Origin: Candidatus Nomurabacteria bacterium GW2011_GWE2_34_25
GTDB lineage: Bacteria > Patescibacteriota > Minisyncoccia > Phycocordibacterales > UBA9973
Direction: 5' to 3'
DNA: 64,000 nucleotides
NCBI GenBank assembly: GCA_000990325.1
Contig: LBPS01000008.1
Span: 97 to 64,096 of the forward strand
In this document: one piece after another, positions 1 to 11,434 of the stretch
How the letters are laid out: the number at the start of each line of letters is the position of its first letter
Numbering within the stretch: position 1 is the stretch's first letter
Notes under the pieces: generated by a model
The model's input: the letters and a program-made list of their open reading frames with translations, nothing else
The model's database searches: none
What the model was told of the DNA's origin: nothing
Translations under genes and position numbers: made by a program

Positions 1-1891
1 CTACGGGCGTGTCTGTCCTATCCACACTCCAGAAGGTCCAAACATTGGTCTCATCTTACACTTATCTACTTATGCAAAGATAAATGAATTTGGTATTATT
101 GAAACTCCATATGTCAAAGTCAAGAATGGCAAGATAACTTCTGAAGTTGTTTACCTAAATGCTCTCGAAGAAGAAAAGTACAACATTGCTCATGCAGGTA
201 TCGACTACGATGATAAAGGAAATATATTGGAAGACAAAGTAGAGGCTCGTCTTAAGACAAAGCCAGGTATGATTTCTAAAATGGAAATCGATTTTATCGA
301 CGTAGCTACGAATCAAGCTTTCTCCGTTGCTACGAGTATGATTCCATTCCTCGAACACGATGATGCTCACCGTACACTCATGGGAAGTAATATGCAGAAA
401 CAGGCTCTTCCTTGTATTATCCCTGAGGTTCCTCTAGTTGCCACTGGCATAGAAGAGTTGGCAAGTCGTGATTCTGGACGTTTAATAATTTCAGAAGTAA
501 CGGGTGTTATCTCTTATGTAGATGCCAAGAAGATAACAGTCAAAGATGATAAAGGTAAAGATCATACATACCCACTTATTACATTTTCTCGTACAAACAA
601 TTTCTCAATATTCCATCAGCGTCCTTCTGTCTCTATGGGGGACAAGATAAAGAAGGGAGACGTTCTTGCTGATACAAGCACCACCGATCATGGCCAGATT
701 GCTATTGGACAGAATGCTCTTATTGCCTTTATGTCATGGGGTGGAGCAAACTACGAAGATGCTATTATTCTCTCAGAAAGATTAGTCAAAGAAAGTAAAT
801 TTACAAGTATTTATGTTACAGAATTCGTTTGTAATGTTCGTGACACAAAGCTTGGACCTGAGATAACAACTCGTGATATCCCAAATGTTGGAGAAAATAA
901 ATTAAAAGACTTAGATGAAGATGGTATCATTGTTGTCGGAGCAGAAGTTGTTGAGAACGATATTCTTGTTGGTAAGATTACTCCAAAAGGGGAGACAGAA
1001 CTTACTCCAGAAGAGAGACTCCTACGTTCTATCTTTACTGAAAAAGCTCGCGACGTGAAGGACACATCACTACGTCTTGAACATGGCAAGAAAGGTAGAG
1101 TTACTGGTGTTAAGATATTCTCCCGTGATCAAGGACACAATCTTGAATCCGGAATTATAAAGAGAATCGTTGTTGAAATCGCACAAATCAGAAACATCTC
1201 AGTTGGAGATAAGCTTTCAGGACGTCACGGAAACAAAGGTGTTATTTCAGTTATCTTACCCGAAGAAGAAATGCCATTCATGGCCGATGGTACACCTGTC
1301 GATGTTATTTTGACCCCTCTTGGAGTTCCATCTCGTATGAACTTAGGACAGGTTTTGGAAATGCATCTTGGTTATGCAGCTCATACACTTGGATATCAAG
1401 CTATCGTTCCTCCGTTTTCTTCAGCAACTGTAGATGAAATCAAAGGAGAACTTGTAAAAGCAGGAATGCCAGAGTCTGGGAAAGTAACTTTATATGACGG
1501 ACGTACAGGTGATGCATTTGATCAAGATGTTGCTATTGGATACATGTATATGCTTAAGCTTCACCACATGGTGGAAGACAAGCTTCACATGCGTTCTATC
1601 GGACCTTACTCTCTCATTACTCAACAGCCTCTCGGTGGTAAAGCTCAAGGTGGAGGTCAGCGTTTCGGAGAAATGGAAGTCTGGGCTCTTGAAGGTCATG
1701 GTGCTGCTTACTCACTTCGTGAAATGTTGACAATTAAATCCGATGATATTATGGGTCGCTCACAGACATTTGACGCAATTATCAAAGGGTTACCAATCGG
1801 TGAACCAAATGTTCCAGCCTCATTCAATGTTCTACTTAATTATCTACGCGGACTATCTCTTGATGTCGAATTAAAAAAGTCGAATGAATAA
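1..1891 (+). CDS. rpoB: DNA-directed RNA polymerase beta subunit, C-terminal part (runs off the window start)
   Basis: Motifs LMGSNMQKQA, GDKLSGRHGNKGV, GGQRFGEMEVWALE; the frame stays open upstream of the ORF call at 227 (YGRVCPIHTPEGPNIGL). Confidence 0.99.
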   Translation, partial: YGRVCPIHTPEGPNIGLILHLSTYAKINEFGIIETPYVKVKNGKITSEVVYLNALEEEKYNIAHAGIDYDDKGNILEDKVEARLKTKPGMISKMEIDFIDVATNQAFSVATSMIPFLEHDDAHRTLMGSNMQKQALPCIIPEVPLVATGIEELASRDSGRLIISEVTGVISYVDAKKITVKDDKGKDHTYPLITFSRTNNFSIFHQRPSVSMGDKIKKGDVLADTSTTDHGQIAIGQNALIAFMSWGGANYEDAIILSERLVKESKFTSIYVTEFVCNVRDTKLGPEITTRDIPNVGENKLKDLDEDGIIVVGAEVVENDILVGKITPKGETELTPEERLLRSIFTEKARDVKDTSLRLEHGKKGRVTGVKIFSRDQGHNLESGIIKRIVVEIAQIRNISVGDKLSGRHGNKGVISVILPEEEMPFMADGTPVDVILTPLGVPSRMNLGQVLEMHLGYAAHTLGYQAIVPPFSSATVDEIKGELVKAGMPESGKVTLYDGRTGDAFDQDVAIGYMYMLKLHHMVEDKLHMRSIGPYSLITQQPLGGKAQGGGQRFGEMEVWALEGHGAAYSLREMLTIKSDDIMGRSQTFDAIIKGLPIGEPNVPASFNVLLNYLRGLSLDVELKKSNE

Positions 1892-1916
1892 TTACTAATC
1901 ATAATATATAAAACAT

Positions 1917-4900
1917 ATGAAAATAATTGATACAACAAATTTCGACTCAATAACTCTCAAGCTTGCTTCTCCTGAACGTATAAAGGAGTGGTCTTATGGA
2001 GAAGTTACAAAACCAGAAACTATAAATTACAGAACAGGGCGTAGCGAACGCTCTGGACTATTCGACGAGAGAATATTCGGACCAGAAAAAGACTATGAAT
2101 GTTACTGTGGTAAATATCGAAGAATTCGTTATAAGGATATTATCTGTGAAAAATGTGGAGTGGAAGTTACTCGCTCTATAGTTCGTCGTGACCGTATGGG
2201 TCACATTGAGCTTGCAAGTCCTGTCTCACATATCTGGTTTCTACGTGGTGTGCCTTCACGTATGTCTACTTTGCTCAACATTACAGTCTCAGATCTTGAG
2301 AAAGTTATTTATTTTGCTGGATATATTGTTATCAAAGTTTCAGCAGAAGAGAAAGAAACTATCTCAAAGAATTTAGAGAGTGAATTCAAGTCCAAGATTA
2401 AAAGTGCCAACAATGAAGAAGAAAAGGAAAAGCTAAAGGAGCTTCTCTTAAGTACAAAGCGTGAGATAGCCGAGATAGTTCCAGGTAAAGTTTTGAATGA
2501 AATAGCTTATCATCACTTTGGACTCAAATACGGAAGTTGTTTTGAAGCAAGTATTGGAGCTGAAGCTATCTTTACTATTTTCAAGAATTTAGATTTAGAA
2601 AAATTAAAGACCGAGACCTTAGCGATGCTTCCAAAAGCTTCAAGTATAGACAAAGAAAAGCTTGAGAAAAGAATGTCCCTTATCCGTTCAATGCTTCACT
2701 CTGGTATCCGTCCCGAGTGGATGTTCCTGACAGTTATCCCAGTTATACCTCCAGCTTTACGCCCTATGGTGGCTCTAGATGGTGGACGTCATGCAACTTC
2801 AGACTTAAATGATCTTTATCGCCGTGTTATCAACAGAAATAATCGTCTAAAGAAATTAAAAGAAATTGGTGCTCCAGATGTAATCCTCCGAAATGAAAAA
2901 AGAATTCTACAAGAAGCAGTAGATGCCCTTATCGATAATTCTATTGCCAAGCAAAATGATTCTCAGGCTGTCTCTGCTTCACAGAAGCGTGCACTTAAAT
3001 CTTTGTCCGATAACTTGAAGTCCAAGCAAGGTCTCTTCCGTCAGAATTTGCTCGGTAAGCGCGTAGATTACTCTGGGCGTTCTGTTATCGTTGTGGGTCC
3101 TGGACTCAAGCTCAACCAGTGTGGACTTCCTAAGCACATGGCTCTTGAACTTTTCAAACCATTTGTAATTTCTAAAATTCTTGAGACAGAGCTTGCTTTC
3201 AACATTCGTGGAGCCAATCGCTTAATAGAAGAAAGTATTCCCGAAGTTTGGGCAATACTTGAAGAAGTAATTCGTGGTAAGTACGTACTTCTAAACCGTG
3301 CGCCTACGCTTCACAGACTAGGTATTCAAGCTTTCAATCCTATTCTTATCGAAGGTCACGCTATCCAAGTGCACCCTCTAGTCTGTGCCGGATTCAACGC
3401 CGACTTCGATGGAGACCAGATGGCTGTCTACGTACCTCTTTCCGATATGGCTCAAATGGAAGCACGTGAATATATGGCTTCTAACAAGAACTTGCTCAAG
3501 CCTCAAGATGGTTCTCCTATTATTTTACCGAAAATGGATATTGTTCTTGGTTGTTACTGGATGACGAAAACAGTTGATGGTGAAAAGGGTGAGGGAATGT
3601 ACTTTGCAAGTCCCAACCAAGCTATCACAGCTTTCGATCTTGGTATTATTACTTTCCGTGCCAAGATTAAAGTCTTAGGTACAGAAACAGCAAGATACGA
3701 TAAATATGAAAATAAAGTTTTCGAAACAACAGTTGGAAGATTGTTCTTCAACAGTATTTTCCCAAATGATTTCCCTTATTTAAATGAAGAAATAACTATT
3801 AAGAGAATGTCTCTACTTGTCGATGAACTCATTGTTCACTATGGTATAGATGCTACTCCAAAAGTCTTAGATAAAATTAAAGACTTTGGATATCACTATG
3901 CAACTTACTCAGGTGTTACTTGGGGTATTGATAGTGTGACAGTACCAGTTGGTAAAAAAGAAATTGTGAAGAAATTTAGAAAAGAAGAAGAAGTAGTTCG
4001 TGAACAATTCGCAGAAGGTCTCCTCTCAGAAGATGAACAATATCAAAAGGTTATTGAAATATGGGAGCATGCCAAGAAAGAAATAGAAAAGTTAATTCCA
4101 GCAACTCTCGATCCGAACGGTTCCACTTACGATCTTATTACTTCAGGAGCTCGCGGAAGTATGGGTTCCATGGTACAGATGTGTGGTATGAAGGGACTCA
4201 TTGTAAATACTTCAGGAGCCACTCTCGACTTCCCAATTATTCCATCATACATAGAAGGTCTATCACCACTTGAATACTTCATTACAACTCACGGTTCTCG
4301 TAAGGGTGCCGCCGACACAGCTCTAAATACTGCTAAGGCAGGGTACCTTACACGCCGTCTAGTAGATGTCGCTCAGGATGTGGTAGTGACAGAAGAAGAC
4401 TGTGGTACGAAGAATGGAAAGAAAATTGTAGCAATTGGTAATGATTTTGCTAAATACATACATGGACGTGTTTTGCTAGCCGACATAAAAGGGGCTGATG
4501 GTGTTGTCCTATTTAAGAAAGGCACACTCATAATGAAAGAAGATGCAAGACTTCTAGAAAAGGTTGGAGTCAAAGAAGCTTTAGTTCGTACCCCTCTTTC
4601 TTGTGAGACTACTCACGGCATCTGTCGCATTTGTTATGGTCTAGATCTAGGGCGTAACATCATGGTAGAACTTGGACAAGCAGTTGGTATTATCGCCGCT
4701 CAAGCTATCGGTGAGCCTGGAACACAGCTTACTCTTCGTACTTTCCATGCTGGAGGAGTTGCTACTGTCGATATTACGACAGGTCTTCCTCGTGTTGAAG
4801 AAATTTTTGAAAGACGTATTCCAAAGAATCCTGCAATAATTTCTCAGACAGACGGTGAAGTTCTTGAAATTACCGACAATGGGAAAGAGAAGACTATTAA

Positions 4901-5540
4901 AGTTCTCTCAGATACTAAAACTGATGGTAAGAAAAATGAGATGGAGTACACAGTTGCTTTCCGTCGTCAGCCATTAGTTAAAGCAGGCGCTCATATCAAA
5001 AAAGGTGATCTTCTTACTGATGGATCTGCCGATATCAATGAAATAGTGAAGTATGGAGGCAAGGAAGTTGCTGAAGAGTACATCGTAGATGAGATAAACA
5101 AAGTTTATGATTTACAGAGTGCTTCTATTTCCAGAAAGCATATTGAGATAATTATTCGTCAAATGTTCTCACGTAAAAAGATTAAAGATGCAGGCGATAC
5201 TACCTTCTCGCCAGGAGAAATAGTTGAAACTATTGAACTTATAGAAGAGAACAATCGTTTACAGGAAGAGGGTGGAGGTACTCCTGCTACTGCAGGAACT
5301 ATCGTTCTTGGTATTACTGAAGTTTCTCTTACTACCAAGAGTTGGCTCTCAGCTGCTTCATTCCAAAACACAAACAGAGTCCTCATCAACAATGCTATTC
5401 GTGGAGGAGTTGATAATCTACGTGGACTTAAAGAGAATGTTATCATTGGTAATCTTATCCCAGCTGGTACAGGCTTTGGTGTAAAACGTGTAAGTAAAAA
5501 TGAAAAAGAGGAAGTAAACGAAGAAGAAAGTGTTGCTTAG
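1917..5540 (+). CDS. rpoC: DNA-directed RNA polymerase beta' subunit
   Basis: Catalytic [11 protein letters not shown] motif, N-terminal Zn finger, directly follows rpoB. Confidence 0.99.
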   Translation: MKIIDTTNFDSITLKLASPERIKEWSYGEVTKPETINYRTGRSERSGLFDERIFGPEKDYECYCGKYRRIRYKDIICEKCGVEVTRSIVRRDRMGHIELASPVSHIWFLRGVPSRMSTLLNITVSDLEKVIYFAGYIVIKVSAEEKETISKNLESEFKSKIKSANNEEEKEKLKELLLSTKREIAEIVPGKVLNEIAYHHFGLKYGSCFEASIGAEAIFTIFKNLDLEKLKTETLAMLPKASSIDKEKLEKRMSLIRSMLHSGIRPEWMFLTVIPVIPPALRPMVALDGGRHATSDLNDLYRRVINRNNRLKKLKEIGAPDVILRNEKRILQEAVDALIDNSIAKQNDSQAVSASQKRALKSLSDNLKSKQGLFRQNLLGKRVDYSGRSVIVVGPGLKLNQCGLPKHMALELFKPFVISKILETELAFNIRGANRLIEESIPEVWAILEEVIRGKYVLLNRAPTLHRLGIQAFNPILIEGHAIQVHPLVCAGFNADFDGDQMAVYVPLSDMAQMEAREYMASNKNLLKPQDGSPIILPKMDIVLGCYWMTKTVDGEKGEGMYFASPNQAITAFDLGIITFRAKIKVLGTETARYDKYENKVFETTVGRLFFNSIFPNDFPYLNEEITIKRMSLLVDELIVHYGIDATPKVLDKIKDFGYHYATYSGVTWGIDSVTVPVGKKEIVKKFRKEEEVVREQFAEGLLSEDEQYQKVIEIWEHAKKEIEKLIPATLDPNGSTYDLITSGARGSMGSMVQMCGMKGLIVNTSGATLDFPIIPSYIEGLSPLEYFITTHGSRKGAADTALNTAKAGYLTRRLVDVAQDVVVTEEDCGTKNGKKIVAIGNDFAKYIHGRVLLADIKGADGVVLFKKGTLIMKEDARLLEKVGVKEALVRTPLSCETTHGICRICYGLDLGRNIMVELGQAVGIIAAQAIGEPGTQLTLRTFHAGGVATVDITTGLPRVEEIFERRIPKNPAIISQTDGEVLEITDNGKEKTIKVLSDTKTDGKKNEMEYTVAFRRQPLVKAGAHIKKGDLLTDGSADINEIVKYGGKEVAEEYIVDEINKVYDLQSASISRKHIEIIIRQMFSRKKIKDAGDTTFSPGEIVETIELIEENNRLQEEGGGTPATAGTIVLGITEVSLTTKSWLSAASFQNTNRVLINNAIRGGVDNLRGLKENVIIGNLIPAGTGFGVKRVSKNEKEEVNEEESVA

Positions 5541-5548
5541 TAAATAAT

Positions 5549-5577
5549 GCCAGCCCTAAGCGTGGCTTAGGACTGGC
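5549..5577 (+). other. Hairpin between rpoC and Cys-rich paralog 1
   Basis: gccagccctaagc-gtg-gcttaggactggc, followed by a small gggc-GCAA-gtcc hairpin just before the ATG at 5599; no U-tract. Confidence 0.5.
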
Positions 5578-5598
5578 CGGGCGCAAGTCCTTAAAATT

Positions 5599-7269
5599 AT
5601 GCAAAGCGAAACAAAAAATTGCCAGAATTGCAAAAAAGACTTCACTATAGAGTCGGATGATTTTTTGTTTTACGAGAAAATAAAAGTCCCTCCTCCAACA
5701 TGGTGTCCTGATTGTAGACAGCAAAGACGGTATGCATGGAGAAATGAAAGAACTCTTTATAGAAGAGATTGTAATTTGTGTGGCAAGAGTACAGTTACAA
5801 TTTATTCACCAAATAAAGATTTAAAAGTTTATTGTTTGAAATGTTGGTGGGGAGATGGTTGGGATCCATCATCTTATGGTAAGGATTTTGATTTTTCTCG
5901 ACCCTTTTTTGAACAGTATAAGGAGTTACAAAAAATAGTTCCAAGAATGGCTGTTTTGAGTAAAAATACAATTAATTCAGAATATACCAATCATTGTCGA
6001 GACAACAAGAATGTTTATCTTACTTTTACTTGTACTGATAGTGAAGATATTTCATATTCAACATGGATAATGAAATCAAGAAATTGTATGGATTGTAGTT
6101 ATATTTATGAAGGAGGAGAAAGACTATATGAGTGTATAGATTCACGCAAGGTATATCATTGTCAATATGGAATTCTTTTAGAGAATTGTGTTGATTGCTA
6201 TTATTGTTACGATTGTCATAATTGTAATGATTGTTTCATGTCTTCAAATTTAAGGAATAAAAGTTTTGTTTTTAAAAATCAACAATATTCTCGTGAAGCA
6301 TATTTAGAAAAAATATCTGAATATAATTTAAATTCATATCTAAATCGTGAAAAATTATATAAAGAATTTCTTGATTTTATGGTCTTTAATTCTATCCATC
6401 GTTATGTTATAAGTGAACGTAATGTAAATTCCATTGGCAATATGTTGTTTAACAGTAAAAATGCAATTAATTGTTTTGATTCTGAAGTTATTGAAGATGT
6501 GAAAAATGCATATGCAGTTTTAGTCTTAAAAAATTCAATGGATTTATATCATATTGGATGGAATACAGAATTAGCTTATGAAGATCATGGGTGTACCAAG
6601 ATCTATAATTGTCAGTTTTGTCATCTTTGCTATGATGATTCTCACTTAATATATTGTGATTCTTGCCAAAATAGTCAAAATCTTTTTGGTTGTATTTCGA
6701 TCAAGAAAGGAGAATATATGATTTTAAATAAGAAATACTCAAAAGAAGAATATTTAGAGTTAAAAGAAAAGATAATAGAACATATGAAAAAAATAGGTGA
6801 ATATGGAGAATTTTTTCCACCATCCATTTCCCCAGTTTGTTATAATGAAACGCAAGGTAATTATTATATGCCAGAAACTAAGGAAGAGATTTTATCTCGT
6901 GGTTGGCTTTGGGAAGATAAGATACCAGGTATTTTTGGTAAAGAAACAATTCAACCAGAAGATATTCCAGATAGTATAAAAGATGTAGATAACTCTATTT
7001 CAAAAGAGATATTAAAATGTATTTCTTGTACAAAAAATTATAATATTGTACCAGATGAATTGACTTTTTATCGTCGAGAAGAGATTCCTATTCCAAGAAA
7101 TTGTCCAGAATGTAGATATAAAAAGAGATTTAATTTGCGATTACCTCGTAAGCTCTGGCGTCGTTCCTGTATGAAGGAAGGCTGTAATAACGAATTTGAA
7201 ACTTCATATGCACCAGAGAGGCTTGAGATAGTGTATTGTGAGCAGTGTTATCAACAGGAAGTGTATTAG
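5599..7269 (+). CDS. Cys-rich repeat / zinc-ribbon hypothetical protein, paralog 1
   Basis: N-terminal CQNC...CPDCR, many CxxC units, FGCISIKKGEYMILNKKYSKEEY, C-terminal YAPERLEIVYCEQCYQQEVY; similar to three other ORFs in the window. Confidence 0.9.
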   Translation: MQSETKNCQNCKKDFTIESDDFLFYEKIKVPPPTWCPDCRQQRRYAWRNERTLYRRDCNLCGKSTVTIYSPNKDLKVYCLKCWWGDGWDPSSYGKDFDFSRPFFEQYKELQKIVPRMAVLSKNTINSEYTNHCRDNKNVYLTFTCTDSEDISYSTWIMKSRNCMDCSYIYEGGERLYECIDSRKVYHCQYGILLENCVDCYYCYDCHNCNDCFMSSNLRNKSFVFKNQQYSREAYLEKISEYNLNSYLNREKLYKEFLDFMVFNSIHRYVISERNVNSIGNMLFNSKNAINCFDSEVIEDVKNAYAVLVLKNSMDLYHIGWNTELAYEDHGCTKIYNCQFCHLCYDDSHLIYCDSCQNSQNLFGCISIKKGEYMILNKKYSKEEYLELKEKIIEHMKKIGEYGEFFPPSISPVCYNETQGNYYMPETKEEILSRGWLWEDKIPGIFGKETIQPEDIPDSIKDVDNSISKEILKCISCTKNYNIVPDELTFYRREEIPIPRNCPECRYKKRFNLRLPRKLWRRSCMKEGCNNEFETSYAPERLEIVYCEQCYQQEVY

Positions 7270-7275
7270 TTTTTT

Positions 7276-7296
7276 GACATAAGTCCGACTTATGTC
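7276..7296. repeat. REP-like short palindrome (ARGTCYGACYT family), copy 1
   Basis: gacataagtccgacttatgtc; related to 40312-40328 and 46647-46671. Confidence 0.65.
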
Positions 7297-7328
7297 TGGA
7301 AAGTAAAATTAGGTAATTAATCAAAACA

Positions 7329-9098
7329 ATGAGTACAAATAATAATGTTGAGAAAATCAAAGAAAGGCTTTCCATTGTTGATGTTATTTCTTCGTACATG
7401 CAAGTGGAGCAGTCGGGGAAGAATTTCAAAGCGAAGTGTCCATTTCACAACGAGAAGACGCCATCCTTTTTCATATCTCTAGATCGGGGGACTTACTACT
7501 GTTTTGGTTGTGGAGAGAAGGGGGACATATTCTCTTTCATTCAAAAATTCGAAGGAACAGATTTTATGGGAGCACTGAAATTACTTGCTGAAAAAGCAGG
7601 AGTAACTCTTGAGACAAGGTCTAAAGATTCTGACGGTAAAGATAAGGAAAAGAAAGAACTTTATTATGAAATAATGGATGAAGCCACCAAGTTTTTCGAA
7701 AGTAATTTTGATAAAGAGCCAAAGGCACGCGCATATCTTTTGAGTAGAGGTTTAACAGATGCAACTATTAAGAATTTTCGTGTTGGTTTTGCGAAAGATG
7801 AGTGGAGGTCGCTGTCTGACTATCTAACTACAAAAGGTTATAAAATACAAGATTTGGAAATTGTTGGCTTGGTAAAAAAATCTGAGAAGGGTACATATGA
7901 TCGTTTCCGCTCTAGAATAATTTTCCCTATAAGTGATTCAAGTGGTAGAGTCATAGCTTTCTCGGGGCGTATCTTTGGCAAGGATGATGCAACAGAAGCT
8001 AAATATTTAAATAGTCCCGACACCCCACTTTTCAATAAATCCAATGTACTATTTGGTATAGATAAAGCCAAATTAGCTATTAGGAAGAGAGGCTATAGTA
8101 TTGTAGTTGAAGGACAGATGGACTTGATTCTTTCTCATCAAGCAGATTTTCTAAATACAGTAGCTGTTTCAGGTACTGCCTTTACTGATGACGTTGTAGA
8201 TAATGAAGATAAGATAAATAACTTAGGTTTGATACGCAGACTTTCTTCGAACATTATATTTGCTTACGACGGGGACTCTGCCGGTATAAGGGCTGCTAGC
8301 CGTTCAGCTATCATAGCTTTATCACTTGATATGCAAGTAAAAATAGCTAAATTACCAGAGGGGAAAGATCCAGCAGATATTATAAAAGAGAATCCCGATG
8401 AATGGAAAGAAATTATTAAAAATTCCACAGATATTATAACTTTTCACGTAGATAGAATCTGTAAAAATACAAACGACATAAGGCAAAGAGGTAAGCTCGT
8501 GAGGGATATTATTTTTCCATTTTTAGTCGTAATTAAAAGTTCAATAGATAGATCTTCTTATGTTTCTATAATTAATTCTAAAACAGGTATACCCTCAAGC
8601 GCAATTATTGAGGACTTCATAGTTTATGAAAGGAACCATAAGGTAGAGAACAATACAAGTAAAGATAAAGATATTCTCATAAAAAAAGAAGAATTATCAA
8701 GAAGAGATAATTTAGAAAAAAGACTTTTTGGTATAATTTTCTGGCAAGCACAGAATGACTTAGGTATAGTAGTAGAGGATATATATAAATCACTAGAAGA
8801 AAAAATTGGTAAAGATTTATTCCTACAGATAAGAGATACCCATGAGCCATATAAAGATATTCTCGCATCTGAAGCAGAAATGTGGTATGGTAACAGGATA
8901 AAAGACATATCTCGCGATATTAGAGAGATAATGCTTAATTTAGAAGAGGAAATCCTAAATGAACGTAAAATATTTTTACAAAATCAAATAAATGAACAAA
9001 AGGATAAAGGTGAAGATTTTGACCCCGGTCCCATACTTATAGATTATCAACAAACAGTCGAACGTATAGCAAAAATAAAAAATCATAGATCACAATAA
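7329..9098 (+). CDS. dnaG: DNA primase
   Basis: [11 protein letters not shown] zinc finger, [20 protein letters not shown] and YDGDSAG. Confidence 0.98.
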   Translation: MSTNNNVEKIKERLSIVDVISSYMQVEQSGKNFKAKCPFHNEKTPSFFISLDRGTYYCFGCGEKGDIFSFIQKFEGTDFMGALKLLAEKAGVTLETRSKDSDGKDKEKKELYYEIMDEATKFFESNFDKEPKARAYLLSRGLTDATIKNFRVGFAKDEWRSLSDYLTTKGYKIQDLEIVGLVKKSEKGTYDRFRSRIIFPISDSSGRVIAFSGRIFGKDDATEAKYLNSPDTPLFNKSNVLFGIDKAKLAIRKRGYSIVVEGQMDLILSHQADFLNTVAVSGTAFTDDVVDNEDKINNLGLIRRLSSNIIFAYDGDSAGIRAASRSAIIALSLDMQVKIAKLPEGKDPADIIKENPDEWKEIIKNSTDIITFHVDRICKNTNDIRQRGKLVRDIIFPFLVVIKSSIDRSSYVSIINSKTGIPSSAIIEDFIVYERNHKVENNTSKDKDILIKKEELSRRDNLEKRLFGIIFWQAQNDLGIVVEDIYKSLEEKIGKDLFLQIRDTHEPYKDILASEAEMWYGNRIKDISRDIREIMLNLEEEILNERKIFLQNQINEQKDKGEDFDPGPILIDYQQTVERIAKIKNHRSQ

Positions 9099-9102
9099 TT
9101 TT

Positions 9103-10440
9103 ATGGTAAAAAAGACAAAACAAAAAACAAAAAAGGTAGTTACTAAGAAAAAGGTTATTAAAAAGCCAGTCAAAAAATTGGTTAAAAAAGTTGCACATAA
9201 AAAAATTTCTAATAAAAAGAAAGTTGTAAAAAAAACGAAACAAAAAAACAAAAAAACAGTTACAAAGAAAAAAGTTGTAAAAAAGCCAGTAAAGAAAGTG
9301 GTAAAGAAAACTGTCCCTAAAAAAATATCACCTAAAAGTTTTTCTAAAAAAGAGGCGCTAGAGAAGAGGCAGAAGGACGAAGAAACCAGGGCCGTTCTAA
9401 TGATAGAAAAGGGAAAGAAGAGAGGATTTGTGACTTATGATGAGATTATCAAAGAATTTCCAGATATAGAAACAAACATTTTATTTTTAGATGATTTATA
9501 TGATCGTTTTGCTGTTGCTGGGATTGATGTACTTGAGGGGGGTAATTTGCTTGATACAAGTGGCGACATGGAGAAACTTGCTTTGAAATATAGTAAAGAT
9601 GCTAAGACTTATGATTCGATCCAAATGTATTTAAAAGAGATAGGTCAGTATCCACTGATTGCTGCTGGTGAAGAAAGGGAGCTAGCGAAAAGAATTGAGA
9701 AAGGAGATATAGAAGCCAAGAATTTACTTGCTCGTGCAAATCTTCGCCTTGTTGTTTCCATTGCTAAAAAGTATGTAGGACGAAGTTCAGATCTTACTTT
9801 ACTTGATCTTATTCAAGAAGGGAATCTAGGTTTGTTCAAAGCTGTTGAGAAATTTGACTGGACAAAGGGTTATAAATTCTCAACTTATGCTACATGGTGG
9901 ATTCGTCAGTCTATTACTCGTGCCCTAGCCGACCAGTCTCGTACTATTCGTATTCCTGTTCACATGGTAGAGACAATTTCTAAATACAAGCAGGTAGTCA
10001 GACGTTTGTCTCAAGATTTAGGTCGTGAACCTCTCGTAGAGGAGATAGCCACAGAGATGAATTTGGAAGTTGAGAAGATTCATATAATAGAACAGATCAA
10101 CCAAGAGACTGTATCACTTGAGCAACCAATAGGGGACGATGATGAGAAGTCCACACGAGGTGAATTTATACCAGATGACAAGATTCTTCGACCAGACCAA
10201 GATTCTTCACGCAGAATTCTTTCTGACCAGATAAGAGAAGTACTTGAGACTTTGAGTCCAAAGGAGAGGAAGATTCTAGAGCTTCGCTATGGGCTTATGG
10301 ACGGTGTACAGCATACGCTTGAAGAGGTAGGACAAGAGTTCGGTGTTACTCGTGAACGTATTCGTCAGATCGAAGCTAAGGTTCATGAAAAGCTTCGTAA
10401 TAATGAAAAAATCGCAAGATTAAAGAATTACTTTGATTAA
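9103..10440 (+). CDS. rpoD: RNA polymerase primary sigma factor with Lys-rich N-terminal extension
   Basis: [37 protein letters not shown]; follows dnaG. Confidence 0.96.
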   Translation: MVKKTKQKTKKVVTKKKVIKKPVKKLVKKVAHKKISNKKKVVKKTKQKNKKTVTKKKVVKKPVKKVVKKTVPKKISPKSFSKKEALEKRQKDEETRAVLMIEKGKKRGFVTYDEIIKEFPDIETNILFLDDLYDRFAVAGIDVLEGGNLLDTSGDMEKLALKYSKDAKTYDSIQMYLKEIGQYPLIAAGEERELAKRIEKGDIEAKNLLARANLRLVVSIAKKYVGRSSDLTLLDLIQEGNLGLFKAVEKFDWTKGYKFSTYATWWIRQSITRALADQSRTIRIPVHMVETISKYKQVVRRLSQDLGREPLVEEIATEMNLEVEKIHIIEQINQETVSLEQPIGDDDEKSTRGEFIPDDKILRPDQDSSRRILSDQIREVLETLSPKERKILELRYGLMDGVQHTLEEVGQEFGVTRERIRQIEAKVHEKLRNNEKIARLKNYFD

Positions 10441-10444
10441 TTAA

Positions 10445-10488
10445 AATACAAATAGCACCGCCAACAAGTTGGCGGTGCTATTTGTATT
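10445..10488. terminator. Long hairpin between convergent genes, likely bidirectional terminator
   Basis: 21-bp perfect inverted repeat aatacaaatagcaccgccaac / gttggcggtgctatttgtatt. Confidence 0.75.
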
Positions 10489-10503
10489 AAATTTCTAATT
10501 GTC

Positions 10504-11268
10504 TTATAAATTATCTGTTGGTTCTACATCATCGGCTGTTTTCATAAGCCCAAAGACTAAATCAATATATTTCCAGAAAGCATTATTATCTTTTAGTTTA
10601 GCCACACATTCAGATGCGGCTGCTTTTTGAAGAGCATATTGACCCTTGCTTGTATTTACATGAACTGGCCAGTGACGATAAATCCAAGCAACCTTACCAT
10701 TTGATTCCGCTACTATCTTTTTTGCGGTCACACTAAATGCTTTACAATAAGGGCATTCAAGATCTGAATACTCTATAATAGTAACTAAGGCATCTAAATT
10801 ACCAATAATATGATCTTTTTCATTTGGTAATGGAATTTCCCCTTTATAATTTGAAATAGCTGTACCGGCTAACATGTTATCTATGGTTGTTTTAACTCCT
10901 TTTTGTTTTTCTGTAACGTCAGGAATATTATAATCATCATATGGAATATTGCCTAGCAGTTCCATTTTTGTTCCATCTTTGCCCACAAGTACAATATATG
11001 GAGTTCCTCTTTGTAGGGCAGGTATATCTTTCATTACAATATCTGCACTAGTTGCGGTTGAACTATATAAATCTTCCAGATTAGTATCTTTCATACAAGA
11101 ATCCATAGCTTCTTTTTTAACTCCAACTTGTTCTGATAAAGTTTTTTCTTTTTCTATCTTATTTCCTACTCCACTACTATTAGTTACTAAAATTGCTATC
11201 ATAATGAGCACTCCTGCAACTATAATAGCTGTAGGTGTATTAATACTTTGTTTTTTTTCGTTTTCCAT
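10504..11268 (-). CDS. Membrane-anchored DsbA/thioredoxin-fold protein, apparently circularly permuted
   Basis: N-terminal TM helix; EYSDLECPYC and YRHWP lie in the C-terminal half, while the GTP cis-Pro segment precedes the CxxC. Confidence 0.85.
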   Translation of the reverse strand: MENEKKQSINTPTAIIVAGVLIMIAILVTNSSGVGNKIEKEKTLSEQVGVKKEAMDSCMKDTNLEDLYSSTATSADIVMKDIPALQRGTPYIVLVGKDGTKMELLGNIPYDDYNIPDVTEKQKGVKTTIDNMLAGTAISNYKGEIPLPNEKDHIIGNLDALVTIIEYSDLECPYCKAFSVTAKKIVAESNGKVAWIYRHWPVHVNTSKGQYALQKAAASECVAKLKDNNAFWKYIDLVFGLMKTADDVEPTDNL

Positions 11269-11434
11269 TTGATTATTATATCACCCTATAGTTAATTTTG
11301 AAAGTTAAATATTTGATACCTAATTATAAAGATTAAGCATCCAATATCTGTTATAGGACATCATTTAATTAGATAAAGTTATTACCCAAAAATCTCTTGA
11401 AATTGTTAATAAATATGATATAATACTAAATATA

